From positions 1 through 41,575 of the forward strand of contig CAXGWI010000017.1 in NCBI GenBank assembly GCA_964013405.1: DNA of 41,575 nucleotides, in the 5' to 3' direction. Source of the stretch: an uncultured Myxococcales bacterium. GTDB taxonomy: Bacteria > Myxococcota > UBA4151. This document shows, in pieces, positions 27,505 through 35,247 of this stretch. Below the pieces are notes generated by a model that saw only the letters and a list, made by a program, of their open reading frames with translations, had not been told where the DNA came from and searched no databases. The position numbers and the translations under genes were made by a program. Within the stretch, counting starts at the first letter, position 1; each line of letters starts with the position of its first letter.

Positions 27505-28206
27505 ATGCCCAAACTCCATGTGACCAACGCAGAGGGGCGCAACACCACCGTGCAATTCACGGCGGTTAAAGCCCCGTCAGGCCCTCGCTTGGGGCTGCCC
27601 GATGACGAGGTGGAATTCCGCCGCTATCTCTCGATGGTGTCCGAGACCGACCATGAGGTCCTCGCTTCCCGATTTGGGGAGGATTACGGTCAGGCTTTGG
27701 TCGATGGGGATCCGGAAGTGGACCTAGAGCAGGTCGGCCGCCGCATCGGTGCCACGGACGTGGTTTACCTCGACGGCACCGGCGAAGTGCTCCACGCCGC
27801 TCCCGAAGTGATTGAGATGATCTTCGACGCCGGGGGGGCCGAATTGGAACGGCGAGCCCCCAAAGACGTGCTGGCCAACGTGAACGAGGTGGAACCGGTG
27901 CACTGGACGGCCATGAAGATGAAGCGAGCCGCTGTGGTGCGCCGTTTTGCCTTCCGTCGGAGTCTGCAGTTGCGCCATGTCGATGGCCTAACCTACGACT
28001 ATCTCTTCTCGATGGCGAAGACCCTCGACGCCGAGGATCAAATGGTCCTGATCGGCGCGGGGGAGAAGGGCAAGGATCCGCTCATTTTCCAGCACAATGG
28101 CAGCCCCTATCGAGGCTTCCTTGAGGGACGAATCGACGGCGATCGCTATCAGTTGCTCCTCCACCTCTCGAACTTGGAGTTGAAGCGACCGGAGGAATCA
28201 GCATGA
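27505..28206 (+). CDS. Hypothetical protein, divergent Ku-like core (Ku-like B)
   Basis: ATG 27505 with GGAGGA RBS. FRRSLQL...YDYLFSMAKTL...LLLHLSNLELKRP parallels Ku YFxxxYYL...YxLLxxAL...LxLxxLxxxxEVR. The Ku assignment is inference. Confidence 0.55.
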   Translation: MPKLHVTNAEGRNTTVQFTAVKAPSGPRLGLPDDEVEFRRYLSMVSETDHEVLASRFGEDYGQALVDGDPEVDLEQVGRRIGATDVVYLDGTGEVLHAAPEVIEMIFDAGGAELERRAPKDVLANVNEVEPVHWTAMKMKRAAVVRRFAFRRSLQLRHVDGLTYDYLFSMAKTLDAEDQMVLIGAGEKGKDPLIFQHNGSPYRGFLEGRIDGDRYQLLLHLSNLELKRPEESA

Positions 28207-29654
28207 CGTGGTTTCAGGGCGAAGGGCAGGCGCTCGGGGCGGGGCGTCTTCATCCGGCCGGCAGTGTGACGGATCAGGATTTATTGGGGCAGTTGAAGCT
28301 CTACCGCAAACGTATCGCCAGTACCTATCGAGGCCTGAAGGGTAGCGAGTTGGCCGAGCTGCCGCCGGGGGAGTTTCATGTCTCGCCGAAGGTGGACGGT
28401 GAACTTTGGTATCTCGTGAAATACGCGGGCACTGTGGCCCTGATTGCCAGTAACGGTCGTATCCTAAGGGGCGACTTGCCGCTCCTGAAGGAGGCGGGTG
28501 CCGGTTTTGCGACTCGGGCTACAGATGGGGTCGTCCTCGCGGGCGAACTCTTTGGTCTCTCCGGTGAGGGGCGTCCCAGAGTGGGGGATGTGGCCGCACT
28601 GCTCGGTGGTGGTGGCGAGATTGCGCGTTTGGGTTATCAGGCCTTCGACGTGGTGAGCGTCGCCGATCATGGGGCCCCGCCTGAGGCCTATAGCGAGCGC
28701 TATGCCGAGTTGGAGCGCTTATTGGCCGGCGGCAAAAGGGTGAAGGCGATCAAGACCACCGTGACGGCGGATCCGGCCGAGATTAAAGGGCTCTACGAAG
28801 CCTATGTCGAAAGCGGTAAGGCGGAGGGCCTGGTGCTGCGCAGCGGGGCTGGGCGAATCTACAAGGTGAAGCCGAGTTTCTCTCTCGATTGTGTCGTGTT
28901 GGGCTTTACCGAACGCAGTGAGGATCCCCAGCAAGCTCGCTCGTTACTGCTCGGCTTGGTCCGTGAGGATGGTAGCGTGCAGTTGGTCGGTGGCTGCGGA
29001 AATCTGGGCAGCGACGAGGACCGCAAGGCCCTCAAAGCCTCCCTCGAGCCTTTGGTGGTGCCCTCCCGCTTTCGCCAGGTCTCTGGCAGTGGGGCCATGT
29101 ATCGATTGGTTCAGCCTTGGGTGGTGGTGGAGGTGGAATGCACGGACCTTCAGGCCATGGACTCGGCCGGTGACCCGATTGAGCGCTGGGCCATTGAGCT
29201 GGGCGATGAGGAAGGCTGGAGACCTTTGTGTCGGGTCGCCAGCGTGTCGCTGATCCACCCTCGGATCCAGCGAGTTCGCAGCGATAAGGTAGCCGACAGC
29301 GTGGACGCTCGCCTCGCCCAGGTGGCCGAACGTTGTCTGGTTTTAGGGCAAGATCAACAGGCAGCCTCCAAGGACCTACCGGCCAGTGAAGCACAACGCC
29401 GAGAGGTCTACACGAAGACCTCGAAGGACAAGGTCTCCGTACGAAAGCTCTTGGTTTGGAAGACGAATAAGGAGGATGTAGATACGGACTATCCGGCCTT
29501 CGTGGTTCACTGGACCGATTACAGTCCCGGGCGTTCGAAACCTTTAAAACGGACCGTTCGTCTCGCCGCCAACGAAGCCGAAGCGACGCAGATCGCCGAT
29601 GATCTGATCGAGTCCAACATCAAAAAGGGTTGGCAGCGAGCCGACAGCGCCTAG
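28203..29654 (+). CDS. ATP-dependent polynucleotide (DNA) ligase-like protein: adenylation domain, OB fold and C-terminal WGR-like domain
   Basis: Motif I SPKVDG, III VLAGEL, IIIa YQAFDV, IV AEGLVLR, V IYKVKP..LDCVVLG, VI HPRIQRVRSDK; C-terminus HW...GR...EAEATQIADDLIESNIKKGW resembles WGR; ATGA-coupled to Ku-like B. Confidence 0.8.
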   Translation: MTWFQGEGQALGAGRLHPAGSVTDQDLLGQLKLYRKRIASTYRGLKGSELAELPPGEFHVSPKVDGELWYLVKYAGTVALIASNGRILRGDLPLLKEAGAGFATRATDGVVLAGELFGLSGEGRPRVGDVAALLGGGGEIARLGYQAFDVVSVADHGAPPEAYSERYAELERLLAGGKRVKAIKTTVTADPAEIKGLYEAYVESGKAEGLVLRSGAGRIYKVKPSFSLDCVVLGFTERSEDPQQARSLLLGLVREDGSVQLVGGCGNLGSDEDRKALKASLEPLVVPSRFRQVSGSGAMYRLVQPWVVVEVECTDLQAMDSAGDPIERWAIELGDEEGWRPLCRVASVSLIHPRIQRVRSDKVADSVDARLAQVAERCLVLGQDQQAASKDLPASEAQRREVYTKTSKDKVSVRKLLVWKTNKEDVDTDYPAFVVHWTDYSPGRSKPLKRTVRLAANEAEATQIADDLIESNIKKGWQRADSA

Positions 29655-30595
29655 CGTTCGCAGAAGAAGGCGCTCGCCCGATTGCAATCGGCATCGTTCC
29701 ATCGACCGTTGCCCAGTACCTGACCGCAATCTTCACCGCGGCCGTGGTCATTGGGCTCATTATTGTTCCAATTTCGGTAGTCGCTGTCGCGACCGGACCA
29801 ACGCCATTCCCCCTCCACCTGGCGGTCGTTCATGCCCATCCAGGCGCCCCCGGCGAGACCGCCGAACCAGGCGCTGTCTTCATCACTGTCGATGGTCGCT
29901 AGGCTGCCGCCGAAGCTCTGGCAGGTTTCCAAGGCCTCAGCCCAGCGCTGCCCCTCGTTGCAAAGAAAGGTGGCATGGGGCCGCTCCGTCTCGAGCTCCT
30001 CACAACCACTGGGAAGTTCTTCCACCATACAGTCTCGGCTGCAGCCATCCCAGTTGGCTTGGTTGCCATCATCACACTGCTCGCCGGGGTCGACCTCCCC
30101 GTTGCCACAGGCATCGGCTGGAATGGGCCCGACCAAGTTCAGGCCATAAGCCCCTAAGCCTTGGCTGCGGTAGTGCTTCACTTTGATCACGTAGTCTCGC
30201 TGGGCCCGCAGTTCATAGCGGACCTGACAATTGCGGCCCTCCGCACTGTCATCATCGCCCACGAGAAAGCGCCCCTCGGAGGTGAGCAATTCGCAGTAGG
30301 TGTCGAGATTGCCGTCGGTCCAGGCGATGAAGATGCCAGCTTCCGTGGTGGTAAAGCGGAAGAAGTCTCGGTCCCCACCGTAATGGATCTCGCCTTCGGT
30401 TCGGCTCACCGGCTCGATGACCGTGGCTTCGTAGACATTATTGGCGTGGTCGTCCCCCTGGGTCGGCGGTGCTGCATCTAGGGGGCCGGCATCGGTCGGC
30501 TCGGGAAGATCTGGACCGGCATCCCATGGCGGGGCTTCGATCGGTCCGGGTCCGCAGGCCATGACGAACACAGTCAGGAGAGCAAGGCGCTTCAT
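29651..30595 (-). CDS. Lipoprotein with PPC-like domain, Myxococcus Cys-rich repeat (DUF4215-like) and C-type lectin domain
   Basis: Lipobox VMAC; DAG linker; GDRDFFRF...DTY...GDDDS..NC; CGNGEVDPGEQCDDGN..DGCS..C; CTLD WMGMND, EPND, EDC, WNDADC, FFCE. Confidence 0.85.
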   Translation of the reverse strand: MKRLALLTVFVMACGPGPIEAPPWDAGPDLPEPTDAGPLDAAPPTQGDDHANNVYEATVIEPVSRTEGEIHYGGDRDFFRFTTTEAGIFIAWTDGNLDTYCELLTSEGRFLVGDDDSAEGRNCQVRYELRAQRDYVIKVKHYRSQGLGAYGLNLVGPIPADACGNGEVDPGEQCDDGNQANWDGCSRDCMVEELPSGCEELETERPHATFLCNEGQRWAEALETCQSFGGSLATIDSDEDSAWFGGLAGGAWMGMNDRQVEGEWRWSGRDSDYRNWNNNEPNDHGRGEDCGQVLGNGRWNDADCNRASAFFCER

Positions 30596-30703
30596 GGCAG
30601 GGTTCTAGTCTGGAGGCCTGCGAATTGCCAGGCGGCGCAACCAGTGAACGGGAAGTTTTCCGTCCTTGGTCGGTCCCATTCCCCCCATGCTGGACCACAA
30701 AAC

Positions 30704-30717
30704 TGAAACGTGTTCTA
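30704..30717. promoter_or_regulatory. KstR-type palindromic operator TGAAACGTGTTCTA
   Basis: Fits TnnAACnnGTTnnA; 16 bp upstream of ATG 30734 heading the hsa operon. Confidence 0.8.
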
Positions 30718-30733
30718 CTTCCCGAGAGGTGTC

Positions 30734-31555
30734 ATGATTCCGGCCATCGACAGCTTCGTGAATGTGAATATGGGCTCCATGGAGCGCCCAGAGTGGCTCA
30801 CCCGCGTCGCCGAAGACTATTTTAAGCGAAGCGACGAGATCTTTCAGGACATCGAAGCGGTGGCCCTCTTGGATTTGATGGATGCCCAAGGTGTAGAGCG
30901 AGCGATCATTACGATGCGCGGCCACGAGCCTGATGAACGCATTCTCAGCTTTGCGGCAGACCATCCTGAGCGCTTTCGCTTGAGTATCAGCGTGGATCCG
31001 CGGCGGGGAATGCAGGCCGTCCGGGAGCTGGAATCCCTGGTTCGGGCCCATCCCGTGAGCCTCGCCCGGATCGTTCCATTTATGGTGGGGATCGCGCCCA
31101 ACGAGGCCGCCAATTATCCTATCTATGCCAAATGTGTGGAACTGGACCTGCCCATTTCAGTGAACACTGGAATCCCTGGTCCCCCGGCTCCCGGTCAGAT
31201 TCAGCACCCCATGCATTTGGATGAGATCTGTCTGTTTTTTCCCGATCTCAAATTGGTGATGGCCCACGGCGCGGATCCCTGGTGGGATGAAGCCATTCGT
31301 CTCATGCTCAAATACCGCAATCTCTATCTCATGACCTCGGCCTATGCACCCAAGTACTTTCCCCCTTCCTTGCTGAACTTCATGGCGAAACGGGGCCGAC
31401 ATAAGATTATTTTCGCCAGCGATCATCCGGTCTTGGGGATGGATCGCTGCGTCCGCGAAGCCCGTGACTTGGCCTTGCCAGAAGAGGCTCTCAGGGCCTT
31501 TCTCTACGACAACGCGAAGCAACTATTTTTCGGCCCAGAAGGGGAGTCGCTGTGA
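30734..31555 (+). CDS. Amidohydrolase-2 family protein
   Basis: ATG 30734 with GAGGT RBS; YPIYAKCVELDLP, FPDLKLVMAHGA, IIFASDHP. Confidence 0.85.
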   Translation: MIPAIDSFVNVNMGSMERPEWLTRVAEDYFKRSDEIFQDIEAVALLDLMDAQGVERAIITMRGHEPDERILSFAADHPERFRLSISVDPRRGMQAVRELESLVRAHPVSLARIVPFMVGIAPNEAANYPIYAKCVELDLPISVNTGIPGPPAPGQIQHPMHLDEICLFFPDLKLVMAHGADPWWDEAIRLMLKYRNLYLMTSAYAPKYFPPSLLNFMAKRGRHKIIFASDHPVLGMDRCVREARDLALPEEALRAFLYDNAKQLFFGPEGESL

Positions 31556-32760
31556 CGACCGTAGATGCCCAATCCTCCTCGTTGGCTGAGCAGCGAGCCC
31601 AGGCCGTGGCGACTGTTCGGGCTCTGGGGCCCGAGCTCACCGGCCGGATCGCTGAGGGGGAAGCCCAGCGCCGACTGCCCGATGCAAATGTCCAAGCCTA
31701 TCACGACGCTGGTTTGTGGCGGGTTCTACAGCCCCGCCGTTTCGGCGGCCAAGAGCAGCATCCTCTCGTCTTCTTCGACGCCTTGATCGAGACCGCTCGC
31801 TACTGTCCGTCAACAGCCTGGGTCTACGGGGTGGTGGGTGTTCATCAGTGGCAATTGGCCTTGTTCGACCCCCAAGCTCAAGAAGAGGTCTGGGGTGAAA
31901 GCCCCGAGGTCTTGATCTCCTCCTCGTACGCGCCCACGGGGCAGGTGGAACGGGTGGAAGGGGGTTATCGAATCTCCGGTCGGTGGAGTTTTTCCAGCGG
32001 TTGTGAGCACTGCGATTGGGTTTTCCTCGGTGGTTTTTGTCCACCACCCGAGGACGGTCCACCCCGCCCAGATATGCGGACCTTTCTCGTACCCAAGTCC
32101 GATTACCGTATCGAAGATACTTGGAAGACCGTGGCGCTTCAGGCCACTGGCAGCCACGACGTGGTGATCGATAGCGCCTTCGTGCCGGAGCACCGCACGC
32201 ACCGCATGAGCGATGGTTTCAAGCTGAGCAGCCCAGGTCACGTTATCAATGATGGCCCTCTCTACCGCTTACCCTTTGGTCTCTTGTTCACCCGCTCCGT
32301 CTCCAGCAGCGCCATCGGCCTTCTCGCCGGTGCGCTCGACGCCTATTTAGATGTGGCTCGAGCCAAGGTGTCAGCCAGTGATCAGAGTCGGGTGGTGGAA
32401 GATGCCCGGAGTCAGCAGGTCTGCGCGGAGGCCCGGATCACCCTCGACGAGGTGAGCCTTGTTTTAGAGCGAACCTTCATGGAGTTGATGGCGGCAGCCG
32501 AGGCCGGTGAGACACCAGCGATCGAGCGCCGGGTCCAGTTTCGATACGAATCGGCTCAGGCCGTGGAGAAGTGCATGGAGGCGGTGGATAAGCTCAATGG
32601 CCAAAGTGGCGGCCGAGCGATCTTTCACGATTCCGCCATCCGACCCTTCTTTCAGGCGGTGCACGCGGCTCGGGGTCATTATGCCAACAATCCCCATAAG
32701 CCGGCCCAGAACTTTGGCCGGGTGCTTTTGGGCTTAAAAACGAAGGATTTCTTCCTGTGA
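31552..32760 (+). CDS. hsaA: 3-HSA monooxygenase, oxygenase subunit
   Basis: LQPRRFGG, GVHQWQLALF..AQEEVWG, ISSSYAP, WSFSSGCEH, FQAVHAARGH. Confidence 0.9.
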   Translation: MTTVDAQSSSLAEQRAQAVATVRALGPELTGRIAEGEAQRRLPDANVQAYHDAGLWRVLQPRRFGGQEQHPLVFFDALIETARYCPSTAWVYGVVGVHQWQLALFDPQAQEEVWGESPEVLISSSYAPTGQVERVEGGYRISGRWSFSSGCEHCDWVFLGGFCPPPEDGPPRPDMRTFLVPKSDYRIEDTWKTVALQATGSHDVVIDSAFVPEHRTHRMSDGFKLSSPGHVINDGPLYRLPFGLLFTRSVSSSAIGLLAGALDAYLDVARAKVSASDQSRVVEDARSQQVCAEARITLDEVSLVLERTFMELMAAAEAGETPAIERRVQFRYESAQAVEKCMEAVDKLNGQSGGRAIFHDSAIRPFFQAVHAARGHYANNPHKPAQNFGRVLLGLKTKDFFL

Positions 32761-33638
32761 CGGTTACCCAACTGGCTTATCTCGGCTTTGAGGTCAGCGA
32801 TCTTTCAGCTTGGGCTTCTTTTGGCACAGAGGTCCTTGGCATGGAGCGGGTCGATGAAGGGGCTGACGGTAGCTTCAAGTTGCGTATGGATCGGCGCAAT
32901 TGGCGTTTAGCCATCCATCCCGGCCCTGCGGATGACCTCGCCTATGTGGGTTGGGAAGTGAGCGACCTCCTGGGCCCTATCGAGGCCTTGGAGGCTCGGG
33001 GTGTCGAGGTCGGTTGGGGTCACGATTTGACCGGGGAACGAGCGGTCGAGAGCCTCTGCTTTTTCGACGACCCGGCCGGCGTGCGGACGGAGCTGGTCAC
33101 CGGCTCGGCCCAGCAGTTGGATCCTTTTCACTCCCCCAAGCTCCTCGGTGGTTTTGTCGCTGGCCAGCTGGGTCTCGGCCACGTGGTGCTCACGGCGAAC
33201 GACAAGGCTGAGTCTCGGCGCTTCTACGAAGAGACGCTGGGCTTTCGTTTAAGCGACACGATCGTGACCCGTTACTTTGGTTATGACATCGATATGGATT
33301 TCTTCCACGCCAACCCCCGTCACCACAGCCTTGCCTTCGGTGGTCCCCAGCCAAAGAAGCTCAATCATTTTCTCCTGGAGGTGGACAGGTTGGATGATGT
33401 GGGTTTGTGCATGGACCGTACGTTGAAAGCCGGTCTGCCGCTTGTCCAAACCCTGGGTCGTCACCCCAACGACGGTATGCTCAGTTTCTATGCGCAAACC
33501 CCCAGCGGTTTTAACTTCGAGTGCGGTTGGGGCGGCCGCGAGGTCGATGCATCGACTTGGCAGCCCACAACCTACGATCGGCTCAGTGAATGGGGCCATC
33601 ACCCGCCGATGGTACTCAGCCCAAGAAAGCCGAAGTGA
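32757..33638 (+). CDS. hsaC: 3,4-DHSA extradiol dioxygenase
   Basis: LGLGHVVL, NPRHHSLA, LNHFLLEV, TLGRHPND.MLSFY..TPSGF..E.G; follows hsaA. Confidence 0.85.
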   Translation: MTVTQLAYLGFEVSDLSAWASFGTEVLGMERVDEGADGSFKLRMDRRNWRLAIHPGPADDLAYVGWEVSDLLGPIEALEARGVEVGWGHDLTGERAVESLCFFDDPAGVRTELVTGSAQQLDPFHSPKLLGGFVAGQLGLGHVVLTANDKAESRRFYEETLGFRLSDTIVTRYFGYDIDMDFFHANPRHHSLAFGGPQPKKLNHFLLEVDRLDDVGLCMDRTLKAGLPLVQTLGRHPNDGMLSFYAQTPSGFNFECGWGGREVDASTWQPTTYDRLSEWGHHPPMVLSPRKPK

Positions 33639-34486
33639 TGACGCCGGAGCGGGTCCCTGAGGGGCGCTACGTTCAGATCGGCGATGGCCTTCAAGTCCAT
33701 TACCACGAGGCGGGTACGGGCCCCGTGGTCTTGTTTGTCCATGGCAGTGGGCCTGGGGGCAGTGGCTGGAGTAATTTTCAGCACAACTACCAAGAACTGG
33801 CCCAGGCCGGATTTCGGTGCATCGTTCCTGATCTTATCGGCTACGGTTATTCCTCCAAGCCCGAGGACGCCCACTATACCTTGGACTTTCTCACCGAGAC
33901 CTTGCTGGCCTTCGCCGATGAACTCGGGCTCGAGCGCTTCCATTTGGTGGGCAACAGCCTGGGGGGTGCGTTGTGCATGCAGCTGGCCCTCGACCATGCC
34001 CCTCGAGTGGATCGATTGGTCTTGATGGCCCCAGGCGGCATGGAGGCTAGGGAGGTCTACATGGAGATGCGGGGGATCCGCAGCATGCTCCGGGCCATCT
34101 TCGATCCTGAAGGCCTCTCCTTAGGGAGCATGCGAAAGGTCTTCGAAAAACAACTCTTCGAGAGGGCCCATCTCGACGACAATCTCTTGAAGCAACGCCT
34201 GGCCATCGCGCAGACCCAGCCCCAAGGGGTTTTTGCCACCAGTCGAGTGCCCAACTTCAGCGATCGACTTGAGGGCATTCAGCAACCGACCTTGGCGTTT
34301 TGGGGCAATGAAGATCAGTTTTGCCCCGTCAGCGGTGCGGAGAAACTTGCGAAAAGCGTTCCCAATATTCGCGTCCTTCGCATAAGCCGGTGTGGACATT
34401 GGGTGATGGTCGAGCACCAGGCCCTGTTCAACCGGCTTTGTGCGGAATTTTTGAAGGGGATGCTTTGCCAGTCGACCAATCCCTGA
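33638..34486 (+). CDS. hsaD: Meta-cleavage product (4,9-DSHA) hydrolase
   Basis: HGSGPG, SNF, VGNSLGG, CGHWVMVE: MCP-hydrolase signatures. Confidence 0.85.
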   Translation: MTPERVPEGRYVQIGDGLQVHYHEAGTGPVVLFVHGSGPGGSGWSNFQHNYQELAQAGFRCIVPDLIGYGYSSKPEDAHYTLDFLTETLLAFADELGLERFHLVGNSLGGALCMQLALDHAPRVDRLVLMAPGGMEAREVYMEMRGIRSMLRAIFDPEGLSLGSMRKVFEKQLFERAHLDDNLLKQRLAIAQTQPQGVFATSRVPNFSDRLEGIQQPTLAFWGNEDQFCPVSGAEKLAKSVPNIRVLRISRCGHWVMVEHQALFNRLCAEFLKGMLCQSTNP

Positions 34487-35247
34487 TCGAAGCGCTCGGT
34501 GACGAGATCTTTGAGGCCCTCTGCAGTCGCCAGACGCTCAAGCCGATCACGGAGCGTCATGGGGATTTCACCATCGATGATGCCTACCGGGTGAGCCTGC
34601 GTATCTTGGCCCACCGGCAGGCCCGGGGTGAGACCTTGATCGGCAAAAAAATCGGGGTCACATCCTTTGCGGTTCAAAACATGCTGGGGGTGGACCAACC
34701 CGACTTTGGCTTCCTCTTCGATCGCATGGTCTACGAAGGTGAAATGCCCATCTCGAGCGCCTTGATTCAGCCCCGGGCTGAGGGCGAGCTCGCCTTCATT
34801 TTAAAGACAGGACTTGCTGGTCCGGGCGTGACCGACGCCGATGTGCTCGCCGCCACCGAATGGGTGATGCCTTGCTTTGAGGTGGTGGACAGCCGGATCG
34901 AAGATTGGCGCATCAAAATCGAAGACACTGTGGCCGACAACGCCAGTTGTGGCCTCTTCACCATGGGGCCCAAGGTCAGGCCCGATGGCCTGGACTTCCC
35001 CAACCTAGAAATGACCGTTTGGAAGAATGGCGAGGTGGTGGCTGAGGGGAAGGGGAGTGCGGCTCTGGAAAGCCCAGTCAAGTGTGTCACTTGGTTGGCC
35101 AATACCCTCGGGCGCTACGGCATCACCTTGGATGCGGGGGATGTGATCTTGTCCGGTAGTTGGGTGCCCTTGCTGCCGGTGGTTCCCGGGGATGTGATGA
35201 AGATGGAGATCAAGGGACTCGGTGCGACGGAGCTGCGGTTCACATGA
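34465..35247 (+). CDS. hsaE: 2-hydroxyhexa/penta-2,4-dienoate hydratase
   Basis: Likely TTG start about 34465; GKKIGVTS..VQ.MLGVDQPDFG, QPRAEGE, DTVADNAS, ILSGS. Confidence 0.88.
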   Translation: MPVDQSLIEALGDEIFEALCSRQTLKPITERHGDFTIDDAYRVSLRILAHRQARGETLIGKKIGVTSFAVQNMLGVDQPDFGFLFDRMVYEGEMPISSALIQPRAEGELAFILKTGLAGPGVTDADVLAATEWVMPCFEVVDSRIEDWRIKIEDTVADNASCGLFTMGPKVRPDGLDFPNLEMTVWKNGEVVAEGKGSAALESPVKCVTWLANTLGRYGITLDAGDVILSGSWVPLLPVVPGDVMKMEIKGLGATELRFT

